Below are positions 8,850-18,296 of a stretch of 64,000 nt of DNA, in pieces. The first letter of the stretch is position 1; every line of letters starts with the position of its first letter. The notes beneath the pieces are model-generated. The model worked only from the letters and a program-made list of their open reading frames with translations. It did no database searches and was not told the origin of the DNA. A program made the translations under genes and the position numbers. The stretch lies in the IMG/VR virus record IMGVR_UViG_3300032053_000004, positions 64,001 to 128,000 of that record; one strand, written 5' to 3'. This DNA comes from a virus. Its lineage: Duplodnaviria; Caudoviricetes.

Positions 8850-11056
8850 TGGAACAACTTAATTGCAAGATTTCCAGCATTGTTTTTTCCAATAAACAAA
8901 CGGGGTTTTGTATATTAAAAGCAGTTCCTGAAGGTAAATCATCAATGATTACGGTCAGGGGTAATTTCCCTGGCGTTTCTATGAATATTGGACTCAAAGC
9001 CACTTTTACTGGTGAATTTGTTGAACATGCTAAGTTTGGACGTCAGCTTCAGGCTTCATCTTGCGAAATTAAACCGGAAAAAGGAAAAAACGGAGTAGTT
9101 TCTTATTTACTTTCTTGTGTTCCTTCTATAGGTCCTATAACAGCTTCTAAACTTTATGGACACTTTGGGGATGAACTTCTTACTATCTTAGAAACAGATA
9201 TTGAAAAAGTACGTGATCTCAAATTTTTAACTAAAACGCAGATAGAAGCCATTATCGATGAGTGGTCAGAGTCATCTGAAACTAGAACATCTTCAGTCTT
9301 CTTAAGAGATCTCGGTTTAAATTTCAATCAAATAAAACTAATTTACACAGCATTCAGGGCAGATACGAAAAAAGAAGTAACGGATGATCCTTATTCCATA
9401 TGTGAATTCCGTGGAATAGGTTTTATTACTGCCGACCAAATAGCTAGAAAATTGAACGTTGGAGTCGATGACCTTCGTCGAGTTCGCGCATTAATCCTTG
9501 CCGCCTTAAGGGATCTTTCTTCTATAGAAGGCCACTCTTGTGCCACTTCCGATCAAATCAAAAATTATATAAATCGAATGTTTAAGCGACAAGGAATTGA
9601 ATCTTTTTCTCACGGTGATTATGTGTCTGACGTTGCTTTTTACCCGTCACTTATTGAACTTGAAGCCTCGGAAGAGATCCACTCATATAATGGTTTCTTA
9701 TATTTAATGTCAAATTGGCAGTATGAATCTGAAATAGCTAAATACATATCTGCTATCGTAAATAACACTCCGAGAAATCTTGGGGATTTTGACTCTATTC
9801 TTTCTGAATTTGAAAAACTAAAGAATTTAGAACTTTCTGAAGATCAGAAAAAGGCTTTTTCTTTATTAAAGGATGGTCGTATTTGTGTTATTTCTGGATA
9901 TCCTGGAACTGGAAAAACTCTTCTTATGAGTGCTTTCGTTCATTTATTTGAGAAAAATAATATTGATTATACTCTTCTTGCTCCGACTGGTATTGCTGCA
10001 AAACGTTTGTCTCAATTAACCGGAAAATCAGCCTATACTATTCACAGAGCTCTTGGATGCGATAGAGAAGGAAATTGGGAATTTAATAGTAGTAATAAGT
10101 ATATTGTTGACGCAATCGTTTTAGATGAAAGCTCGATGGTAGACAATCAAACTTTCTACCATTTGATTTCTTCCATTTCTGACACAACTATAGTGGTTTT
10201 AGTCGGTGACGCTGCTCAGCTTCCTTCTGTCGGTTCTGGACAGGTTTTAAAAAGTTTCTTAAACAGTCCTAAAGTTCCTCATGTTAGTTTAACTCGTATT
10301 TATCGACAAGAACATCAGTCTGGAATTATTGATATTGCTCATAAAATTTTAAATGAAGAATTAGTTAACACAAAATTTGATGAGAAAAATGAGTTTTTGT
10401 TCTTAAATTTCAATATTGATGAAGTTGTCGATGAAATTAAGAAGATGACTTCTGTTATGTTAGTTAAAAATTCGAATTTTCAAGTCATATCCCCAGTTTA
10501 TGACGGAGAACTTGGTGTTGATAACTTAAATATTAAACTTCGGAGTGTTTTAAATCCTGGATATGAAAACCTTTCTAAATTAAAACATGGTACTACCGGT
10601 TTATATGAAGGTGATCGCATCATGATCATCAAAAATGATTACGGTAGAATGATTTTTAATGGAGATGTTGGAAAAGTTCATCGTATTTCAATCAAATCAG
10701 ATGAAGTTGAAGTAAAGATTTTTAATTGGTTTGATCAAGAGTCAAAAGTCTCAAGATATGTTGACAAAATTTTTACATTCACTATTGAAGAAGCTAGATA
10801 TATAATGAAAGTTGCTTATGCTTGTACGGCTCATAGAGCACAAGGACAAGAGTTCGATTATGTTCTCATGCCAATGACCATGGCTTATGGCCCAATGTTA
10901 TATAAGAATTTAATTTATACCGCGATTACTCGTGCTAGAAAGAAAGTTTTCATATTCGGTGACCCGAAAGCGTTTCGTTTCGCTATTCAAAACAATCGTG
11001 AAATGGATAGAAACACGAATCTGAAAAATTTAATTGAGGACAGTTTAAGTGTTTGA
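8846..11056 (+). CDS. recD2: RecD2 (RecD/TraA family) SF1B helicase
   Basis: N-terminal OB fold plus HhH (GIGFITADQIA); GYPGTGKT, LAPTGIAAKRL, VLDESSM, LVGDAAQLPSVG, LTRIYRQ, AYACTAHRAQGQE, YTAITRARK. Confidence 0.93.
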   Translation: MMEQLNCKISSIVFSNKQTGFCILKAVPEGKSSMITVRGNFPGVSMNIGLKATFTGEFVEHAKFGRQLQASSCEIKPEKGKNGVVSYLLSCVPSIGPITASKLYGHFGDELLTILETDIEKVRDLKFLTKTQIEAIIDEWSESSETRTSSVFLRDLGLNFNQIKLIYTAFRADTKKEVTDDPYSICEFRGIGFITADQIARKLNVGVDDLRRVRALILAALRDLSSIEGHSCATSDQIKNYINRMFKRQGIESFSHGDYVSDVAFYPSLIELEASEEIHSYNGFLYLMSNWQYESEIAKYISAIVNNTPRNLGDFDSILSEFEKLKNLELSEDQKKAFSLLKDGRICVISGYPGTGKTLLMSAFVHLFEKNNIDYTLLAPTGIAAKRLSQLTGKSAYTIHRALGCDREGNWEFNSSNKYIVDAIVLDESSMVDNQTFYHLISSISDTTIVVLVGDAAQLPSVGSGQVLKSFLNSPKVPHVSLTRIYRQEHQSGIIDIAHKILNEELVNTKFDEKNEFLFLNFNIDEVVDEIKKMTSVMLVKNSNFQVISPVYDGELGVDNLNIKLRSVLNPGYENLSKLKHGTTGLYEGDRIMIIKNDYGRMIFNGDVGKVHRISIKSDEVEVKIFNWFDQESKVSRYVDKIFTFTIEEARYIMKVAYACTAHRAQGQEFDYVLMPMTMAYGPMLYKNLIYTAITRARKKVFIFGDPKAFRFAIQNNREMDRNTNLKNLIEDSLSV

Positions 11057-11090
11057 ACAAGTATGTGTTTTCAACTGTATACTTGTTTAG

Positions 11091-12092
11091 ATGTCGGAAA
11101 TCAGATTTGTTACGTCTTCTGATGAACATTTAGCCGATAATCCCCCTGGATATCGAAAAGACGATTATAGAGCTTCCATCTTCAAGAAACTTGTTTATCA
11201 GGGTGTTTTAGCCAGGAAATATCAAGCTAACGCTCTTTTAAGGGGTGGGGACTTTTTTCACATAAAGGCTGCGAATAAAACGACCCATTCTACTGTTTCG
11301 ATTGCAGCTAGAATTCATCAAGAGTATTCGTGCCCAACTTATGCTCTAGCTGGGAATCACGATATAGTCTATAGTGATTTAGAGACTATTTCTCGTCAAC
11401 CTCTTGGGGTTATGTATAACACTGGTGTTTTTAAAAATCTGAGAGATGAAGTATTCGAAGATGACTCCCTAAAAGTTCGTGTTGTTGGGATCCCTTATAC
11501 GGCCGGTTTAGATCCTGATTTCCTTCGTCAACAGGTGTGTAAGTTGCCGGATGATGGGTATGTTATCGCTTTTGTCCATGCACTAGCATCCATGGCTCCG
11601 AGTGAGAAGATCCAGTCATTTTTTAATGAACCAATTTTTGATTATCGAGATTTAGTTTTTGAAGGATGTCCTGATGCTTATGTTTTCGGTCATTATCATA
11701 AAGATCAAGGTATCGTAGATCATCTCGGAGTTAAATTCGTTAATTTAGGCGCTGTTTCTCGTGGAGCTTTAACTTTTGAAAATTTGGAAAGAAAACCGAA
11801 GGTTTCTTTAATTAAAGTTAACTCTCAAGGTCTTTTTATTGAAGAGCATATAGTTCCGCATGAAGATTCGAGCCAAATTTTCGATTTGGAAAGAAAACAA
11901 CAAATCGATAGAGAAATGAAGTCTCTCTCTGATTTCGTTGAACAATTTAGACTTAATGCTGCCATGAGTAAAGATAATGATTTGAAATCTAGATTGAATG
12001 GGACTGATTGGAATCTTTTTAGTGATGATTTAAAATCTTTGGCTATGGAAATTATTGAAGCTGCTGAATCCGGATCGATAGTAGATGAATAA
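11091..12092 (+). CDS. Mre11/SbcD-like metallophosphoesterase nuclease
   Basis: SDEH, GGDFF, GNHD, FVH and FGHYH phosphoesterase motifs; NLGAVSR. Confidence 0.85.
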   Translation: MSEIRFVTSSDEHLADNPPGYRKDDYRASIFKKLVYQGVLARKYQANALLRGGDFFHIKAANKTTHSTVSIAARIHQEYSCPTYALAGNHDIVYSDLETISRQPLGVMYNTGVFKNLRDEVFEDDSLKVRVVGIPYTAGLDPDFLRQQVCKLPDDGYVIAFVHALASMAPSEKIQSFFNEPIFDYRDLVFEGCPDAYVFGHYHKDQGIVDHLGVKFVNLGAVSRGALTFENLERKPKVSLIKVNSQGLFIEEHIVPHEDSSQIFDLERKQQIDREMKSLSDFVEQFRLNAAMSKDNDLKSRLNGTDWNLFSDDLKSLAMEIIEAAESGSIVDE

Positions 12093-12921
12093 CTATTTGA
12101 GTTATTCTGGTCGTTATTCTTATATTCTTTGTCCAAAGAAATATGAATATTGCTATATTAAAAGACTTAAAGTTAAATCGAATCCTAAAGACGTCATGTT
12201 CGGTTCGGTTATTGGAAAAATATTTGAGTGGTTCTACAATAAAAAACTTTGGAGTTATCCTCAAAGCACTATTCTTTCTCTTATAGAACCGGCTTTAGAC
12301 GAAATTTCTGTTCAGGAAGGGTTCAATATTAGACAAACAGATCCTGAATTTGTTAAAAAGTTGATTGAAGAGCTTAATACTTATACAATTTCTACTATCG
12401 AAACTATTAAATCACATGGTTTTTTAACTTCAAATAGTCGATCTGAAATTGATTTAACAACTGATTACTATAGCCCAAAATATGATATGAAAATTCGTCT
12501 CGGAGGGCGAGTAGACTTCATCCATTATAAAGATGGAGAATCTTGGATTTTAGACGGAAAAGGCAGTAAGTATAGAGAACGTTATGTAGATTCTGAACAA
12601 TTGATATGGTACGCCGTTCAACACTACATATTATACCATATGGCTCCAACACGTCTTGGATTCATATTTTTCAAATTTCCGGAAGACCCGGTTAAATGGA
12701 TCGAGTATGACGATGATAGTATAAGAAAAAGTATAGATACGACCTTTAGCATTGTGAAGAAAATTCATTTAAGTATCTTTCCAGCCAATCCTTCTTCAGG
12801 ATGTCGTATGTGCGGGTATACGTCAAAATGTGAAGAAGGAACTAAATTTTTAGCGGCAAGAAAAGTAGAAACTGGTGGTCGAGTTGACGTTGACTCTTTT
12901 TTCGGTTTAGATCCAGTCTGA
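12085..12921 (+). CDS. PD-(D/E)XK Cas4/RecB-like exonuclease
   Basis: SYS..Y..CPKKY, GRVDFI, ILDGK, QLIWY; C-terminal CRMC....C. Confidence 0.85.
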   Translation: MNNYLSYSGRYSYILCPKKYEYCYIKRLKVKSNPKDVMFGSVIGKIFEWFYNKKLWSYPQSTILSLIEPALDEISVQEGFNIRQTDPEFVKKLIEELNTYTISTIETIKSHGFLTSNSRSEIDLTTDYYSPKYDMKIRLGGRVDFIHYKDGESWILDGKGSKYRERYVDSEQLIWYAVQHYILYHMAPTRLGFIFFKFPEDPVKWIEYDDDSIRKSIDTTFSIVKKIHLSIFPANPSSGCRMCGYTSKCEEGTKFLAARKVETGGRVDVDSFFGLDPV

Positions 12922-12930
12922 GGAGGCAAA

Positions 12931-13218
12931 ATGGGACAATCAATTGAAGATCTCGAAGCTACGTATAAAGATTTGGTAAATCGTCGTTCAGTCCTTGTTC
13001 AGGGGAAGCTCAGAGTTGACGCTGAGCTTGCTTCTCGTAAGCGAACCCTGAAGGATTTGATGGAAGAAGCTAAAAAGGCAGGATTTAATCCTGATGATCT
13101 CCCAGAAGAAATCAGAAAGGCTCGAGAAATACTTGTAACAAAAATGGATATTTTTTCTTCAGATATTAAAGAAACGGAACAGATCATGAAGCCTCTTATT
13201 CAAGAAATTGAAAAATAG
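12931..13218 (+). CDS. short coiled-coil protein
   Basis: 95 aa of heptad-like charged helix; SD GAGGAGG. Confidence 0.75.
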   Translation: MGQSIEDLEATYKDLVNRRSVLVQGKLRVDAELASRKRTLKDLMEEAKKAGFNPDDLPEEIRKAREILVTKMDIFSSDIKETEQIMKPLIQEIEK

Positions 13219-13232
13219 AGATTTCATAGAAC

Positions 13233-14342
13233 ATGCCTAAATATACTTTTCAAGCCCAAGAACTAAAACACTCTCTGGTCACTGTTCGGTCTGTGAAACC
13301 AGAAGAAGGAAATTTATATTTGAAGTTTTTTGGGTCAAATATGATTGTAGCTTCTGCTGATAAACGAAGATATGCTCAGTGTTCAGTCTCCGCATCGTCT
13401 ACTGATGCGGAGACTGATTATGAATCGGATTTCTTCGTTTTACCACTAGAACGAAGGTCATTATTTGAACATGACACTGATTTTGTAACCATATCAGTTT
13501 CTGATGTCATCAAAGTAAACGCTATTGAGAACGGTCAATCTAAGAAAGCTACATTAAAGAAAAGAGTCGGGTCAAAGTTTTCTTTAATTTCTTGTCCTTC
13601 CAGCCCATATCCTTCAATTGATTCAGGTGTTTTTAATGAAATACTTCAACATGTTTCTTGTTCTGCTTCAGTACGTGAAACGAAGACTGAAGAAGATATG
13701 AAAGTGAACCAAGTTCACTTTTTTTCTGAACATTTATGCGCTTCTTCTCAATCTAGATACCATGTAACTCACGTTTATTATTCGGGGCTTCTTTATGATT
13801 TTTCTTTAGTCAGTTCTGATATTCCTATCTTTAAGTCTTTTTGCGATAAGACTTCAGGTCCTATTAATATAATCCATGATGATAAGAAAATTTTCTTGTC
13901 GGGAAACAAGTCATTTGTTTCAACCAGTCGAGTTTCAATTCGTCGTCCTCAATTTGTATCTTTAGATAGAAGCGGATTTAAATATGAACTTGAAGTAAAC
14001 TCTGAATTCTTCAAGAATAGTTTCGATTGGGCGAAAGTTGCTATTGAAGGAACTAATAAAATCAGCATAGATTTTAAAAAACAGACCGGTGAGAATGGTA
14101 TAATGGATACTTACTATGGGTCAGATCTTATATCAAGTATTCCAATTTTGTTTAAAAACGGAGAATCGTTTCAAGCGGATTTTCCGGCCAGTGTATTTAT
14201 TAAAATATCTGGGCACATGGGTGAAGAACCGGTTCGTATGAAATATTCTCATTCGAGTTCTTCTAATTTGTTTGAAATTTCTCAAACAAGTAAAAACTCT
14301 ATGGAGACTGTCCATATGCTACAAAGTATGAGGACTAAATGA
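13233..14342 (+). CDS. probable DNA polymerase III beta sliding clamp
   Basis: 369 aa (DnaN-like size); MIVASADKRRY and LCASSQSRY resemble clamp vatDghRl repeats; YPSID; replisome context. Confidence 0.55.
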   Translation: MPKYTFQAQELKHSLVTVRSVKPEEGNLYLKFFGSNMIVASADKRRYAQCSVSASSTDAETDYESDFFVLPLERRSLFEHDTDFVTISVSDVIKVNAIENGQSKKATLKKRVGSKFSLISCPSSPYPSIDSGVFNEILQHVSCSASVRETKTEEDMKVNQVHFFSEHLCASSQSRYHVTHVYYSGLLYDFSLVSSDIPIFKSFCDKTSGPINIIHDDKKIFLSGNKSFVSTSRVSIRRPQFVSLDRSGFKYELEVNSEFFKNSFDWAKVAIEGTNKISIDFKKQTGENGIMDTYYGSDLISSIPILFKNGESFQADFPASVFIKISGHMGEEPVRMKYSHSSSSNLFEISQTSKNSMETVHMLQSMRTK

Positions 14343-14980
14343 ACTTGGCTCAAGATAAACTAGACGGCATAATACACAATATCGAGAAACTTAAAAATTA
14401 TCGAGAATTTCTTCAAAACCGAGTTAATTTAGCTTCTGCTGAAGAGTCTAAATTAAGACATAAAGCTGATCTTTATCAAAAATGTTCAGAAATATTTAAA
14501 TCGTGGCTTGAAGAATCTATTGAAAAGAATATAACTTCTATTTCTGATTTGGCTACAAATGGTCTTCACCACATCATATATGATCAAAATTTAGAGTTTA
14601 AAATTACTCAAGAGATAAAATATAATCGTTTATCAATGAAATTTTCTTTAGAACAAGAGGGTGTCGAGGGTGATCCTTTAGATTCATTTGGTGGTGGAGC
14701 GGCCGTCATAGTTTCTTTAGTTTTACGTCTCGCTGTCATGGCTCGTCTAGGTATGAAAGATCTTCTTATTTTAGATGAATCAATGGTTGCTCTTGCTAAT
14801 CATTATGTTCCGTTTGCAGCTTCTTTCATGCGACGTCTTTCTGAACAGACTGGGATAAATATTCTCATGGTTACTCATAACCCTGAGTTTCTTCAACAAG
14901 CACATACTGCTTATGAAGGAACAAAGGACGATAGTTTAAAACTCAAGAAAATTAGAACTGAGGGGCATCGTGAAGTCTAA
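14339..14980 (+). CDS. SbcC/Rad50-like ABC ATPase, C-terminal half only
   Basis: Coiled coil followed by signature SFGGG, Walker B LLILDES and H-loop MVTH; no Walker A. Confidence 0.85.
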   Translation: MNLAQDKLDGIIHNIEKLKNYREFLQNRVNLASAEESKLRHKADLYQKCSEIFKSWLEESIEKNITSISDLATNGLHHIIYDQNLEFKITQEIKYNRLSMKFSLEQEGVEGDPLDSFGGGAAVIVSLVLRLAVMARLGMKDLLILDESMVALANHYVPFAASFMRRLSEQTGINILMVTHNPEFLQQAHTAYEGTKDDSLKLKKIRTEGHREV

Positions 14981-15530
14981 ATCTGACATCTCAAAAAGAC
15001 TTAGAAACCTTCGCGTTAGGTACGCAAAGCGTTTCATTTCTTTCTCTCAGGAAAGAAAACCGGAAAATTGTTCTTTTAATTTTGAACATAAACCGAATGG
15101 AATATATAATAACTCCAATTTTATGGAGATAGATCGCGCCCCGAAGACAAGCGTCACTTTAGTAGTTATTAACCCGGAAACTCCAACTCGTTTATGCATG
15201 TATGGATCGGAAAATCCGGAAACTTGGAATGGTGTTATTTGCGATCGAGATGAAATTTCGAAATCTTGTAAATATTTTAATCCAAAGAAAAGATTAAATG
15301 AAGCTAGAGAAGAATTTCTCAGCATCATGTCAGATGACGAATATGTCTATGAAAATTATAAAGATATCGCCACCCTCCAGTGGGTTTTAGGCGATAGAAT
15401 CCATAAATCTGGTTTAAATTTATTTGAAAAATTCATTTTTTGGATCCAATCCGTAAAGCTTCGATTATTTAAACCAAAGCTTATCCCTTCTAATGTAAAT
15501 ATATGGGAAGAAGAAAATGATAATCCATAA
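14970..15530 (+). CDS. hypothetical protein with scattered Cys
   Basis: 186-aa ORF coupled to both neighbours; NC..NF.H, LCMYG, ICD...CKYF. Confidence 0.75.
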   Translation: MKSKSDISKRLRNLRVRYAKRFISFSQERKPENCSFNFEHKPNGIYNNSNFMEIDRAPKTSVTLVVINPETPTRLCMYGSENPETWNGVICDRDEISKSCKYFNPKKRLNEAREEFLSIMSDDEYVYENYKDIATLQWVLGDRIHKSGLNLFEKFIFWIQSVKLRLFKPKLIPSNVNIWEEENDNP

Positions 15531-16098
15531 TGTTCTTCATTATGACTTTCATATTAAAAAGAAAGACACTGCTTTACCTTTGGTAACGGAGTCTCCTGCT
15601 CAAGAGTCTTATTTTCCAGCAGTAATAAGTAATACTCGAGGAAAGTTCATAGTAATCGAAAAGATGGGGAAGGATAAACTTATAAGATCTGGAATATTTA
15701 CATATGATTCAGATAAAATTGACGATATTATTCCTGATCTTTTTAAATGTGCTTATGATCTATCTGTAAAACAAAACTGGTTAAATATTTTTCCTGACAT
15801 TGATTCAGCTTTTAAATATGTACAAAATTCTAGTGGGTTGACTATACAACCTCATGTTTGTTTAATTCCTGATTCCTGGAACATGAAGAAGATAGAGAAA
15901 ATTTTCAAAAAAGATAAACTTGATATAAATGATAGTAAAATAAAATATGATAAAATATGCTCCGTACATAAATGCAAAGTTTCTTTTCCTATTTTTCTTT
16001 CTCGTCCCGATTTCGTTGGGATGTATACTCAATTTATGGGAGGCTTGTCTTCTATTGTTTTACACAACATAAAACAAGGTATCTCGTTTGTTAAATGA
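15517..16098 (+). CDS. hypothetical protein
   Basis: 193-aa ORF, translationally coupled to its neighbours. Confidence 0.75.
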   Translation: MIIHNVLHYDFHIKKKDTALPLVTESPAQESYFPAVISNTRGKFIVIEKMGKDKLIRSGIFTYDSDKIDDIIPDLFKCAYDLSVKQNWLNIFPDIDSAFKYVQNSSGLTIQPHVCLIPDSWNMKKIEKIFKKDKLDINDSKIKYDKICSVHKCKVSFPIFLSRPDFVGMYTQFMGGLSSIVLHNIKQGISFVK

Positions 16099-16874
16099 GT
16101 TTTGTTGATAAATTTGTTGACTGGGCTTATGAAGGGTTGCTTCAAAGTCCGGAAGCCCAAGAATATCTTCTTGGTCGTGGCATATCGAAAGATCAGTGGA
16201 AAAGACATAAACTTGGATATGTAATTGGTGATTTTGAAGTTGATCCAGATTTAGACTCAAAACATAGTTTCATATGCTCAGAATCAAATAAAGAAACCGA
16301 ATGCGATAGTTGTAAATATAATAGGTGGTCTTCTTCTTGGGAATTACAAGAAGGGATTCGACATAAAGTAATAGGTAGTCGTATCAAAAATTGTGTTGTT
16401 TTCCCGTTAACAACTTATTCTGGGACGATCATTGGATTCCAAGTTCGTTCTCTTGTTGAAAAGTCATATGACACTTTTGCCGTAAAAAGGCGTCCGGAAG
16501 GTTATTTTTTCGGTATTGCCGCAAATATTGAGTCTATTTGGTCTAAGAAAGAAGTCTGGCTTGTTGAAGGCCCGGCAGATATGTTGATTATGGAGAGATT
16601 AGTTATTCCTAATGTTTTGGCATTGACTACAAACGCTGTTAACCCAAATCAGTTTAGGTTTTTAGAACGTTTTGTTCATACGATAAATATGTGTTTAGAT
16701 CTCGATAAAGCTGGGAGAGAAGGCGTCCATCGTTTTATGGAAAAAACCGGTGGACGATTTAAAATAAATGATATAAAGTATCCTAAAGCCAACGAAACTT
16801 CGAAAGATCCTGGGGATCTTTGGAAAAATTGGGGAGATACGAAATTTAAAAATTATTTTAATCGGAAAGTTTAG
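16095..16874 (+). CDS. dnaG: DnaG-type primase catalytic core (TOPRIM)
   Basis: EYLLGRGI..LGY, VVFPL...G.IIGFQ.R, LVEGPAD, LDLDKAG, KDPGDL; no N-terminal CHC2 Zn domain. Confidence 0.85.
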   Translation: MSFVDKFVDWAYEGLLQSPEAQEYLLGRGISKDQWKRHKLGYVIGDFEVDPDLDSKHSFICSESNKETECDSCKYNRWSSSWELQEGIRHKVIGSRIKNCVVFPLTTYSGTIIGFQVRSLVEKSYDTFAVKRRPEGYFFGIAANIESIWSKKEVWLVEGPADMLIMERLVIPNVLALTTNAVNPNQFRFLERFVHTINMCLDLDKAGREGVHRFMEKTGGRFKINDIKYPKANETSKDPGDLWKNWGDTKFKNYFNRKV

Positions 16875-16958
16875 TTTTTTATCATTCGGAAGGCTACTGA
16901 AGAAATTTTGAACATTTTCAGTTTGAACTGAAATTAAAATTCGATGTAATTTAAGATA

Positions 16959-18296
16959 ATGCTTGATATTAAATATCGTCCGAAATCTTTTAAAGAAGTT
17001 GTTGGCAATCTAGGTATCGTCAAACTTCTTCTAACTAGGAGTAAAAACAAAACTCTTGGTTCTCGTTCTATAATGTTTGGCGGTCCAAAGGGTTGTGGGA
17101 AAACAACTCTCGCTCGAATAGTTAGTCGAGCTATATATTGTGAAAATTTAAATGAAGGAGAACCCTGTAATTCTTGTATATATTGCCAATCTATAATTGA
17201 TGGGAGTTCTTCCAGCTTTGAAGAATTTGATGCTGCCTCCCAAGGAACTGTGGATAAGATTCGATCTATTGTTCAAGATCTTGATTATATTTCTCTTGAT
17301 GGGAAACCAAAAATTTGTATTTTGGACGAAGCTCAAAGACTTTCTGCTCAAGCCCAAGATGCTCTTCTTCGTCCTATAGAAGATAGGAGATTAGTTATTA
17401 TTTTATGCACAACTGAACCGAATAAAATTCGTCCTGCTGTTCGTTCAAGACTTGAAGAACATAGTGTATCCTCTCCTAATACAGATGATCTAGTTTCATT
17501 TTTGGTTAGAGTTTGCGATATAGAGTCCATAAAATATGACTTACCGGCTCTCAAGCTTTTACCGAATTTTTTAGAGAATTGTCCAAGAGTTTGTTTAAAT
17601 TCAATAGATACTATTTCTTCATATGGCCCAATATCTGTAGATGCAGTTCGTTCCTTTCTTAGGACTGAAAATTATGAATCTTTATCTCGATCTCTCACTT
17701 TTATGAAATTGGATCCCGCGAAGTCTTTTTCTTCTCTAGATAAACTGGAAGCCTCTGAAGGAGTGACTTGGATCCGTGATACTATTGTTTCCATCGTTGT
17801 AAATGAAATTCGAGTCCGAGTCGGGGCTAAATCGAAAATTAATACTAAAACTGATTTAGTTGATTTTTCATCCCATCAACTTTCAACTCTTGCTATGAAA
17901 CTTTCAGATTTAGATAAATTCAACATTTATGATTTGAGTTCAATTCTATTCTCTATACTAAATAAAGTTGAACTTGCTTCCGCTCCAGTTTTCGTTCCCT
18001 CCATTACTCCTACCTCTTCCTCTCCTATTCCAGTTTCTGTTCCCATATCATATAGAATACCGAAATCTGTTTCTAATGGAAAATCTGATTTTAAACAAAA
18101 AAAGTCTGTTGAAGTAGATGGGGTCATATATTCTTCGGAAGAAACATTGACTAGTTTGGATCATAAAATCGAGAAAGAATCTAATATTCATATTGAGCAA
18201 GAAAAATTAAGTTCTGTAGAGTATGATGGTAGGTTTCTACCTATTCCGGAGAAAGAATTTGCTCGTGGCCTTATCAAAAGAATTAAAGGTTCGTAA
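16959..18296 (+). CDS. dnaX: DNA polymerase III gamma/tau clamp loader ATPase
   Basis: KYRPKSFKEVVG, GPKGCGKTT, C....EPCNSCIYC, EFDAAS, ILDEAQRLS.QAQDALL, LCTTE, VRSR. Confidence 0.92.
   Translation: MLDIKYRPKSFKEVVGNLGIVKLLLTRSKNKTLGSRSIMFGGPKGCGKTTLARIVSRAIYCENLNEGEPCNSCIYCQSIIDGSSSSFEEFDAASQGTVDKIRSIVQDLDYISLDGKPKICILDEAQRLSAQAQDALLRPIEDRRLVIILCTTEPNKIRPAVRSRLEEHSVSSPNTDDLVSFLVRVCDIESIKYDLPALKLLPNFLENCPRVCLNSIDTISSYGPISVDAVRSFLRTENYESLSRSLTFMKLDPAKSFSSLDKLEASEGVTWIRDTIVSIVVNEIRVRVGAKSKINTKTDLVDFSSHQLSTLAMKLSDLDKFNIYDLSSILFSILNKVELASAPVFVPSITPTSSSPIPVSVPISYRIPKSVSNGKSDFKQKKSVEVDGVIYSSEETLTSLDHKIEKESNIHIEQEKLSSVEYDGRFLPIPEKEFARGLIKRIKGS

Noticed and set aside
12085-12921. Cas4-like gene as evidence of a CRISPR-Cas system
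   Set aside because: No cas1, cas2 or array nearby; the context is a recombination operon
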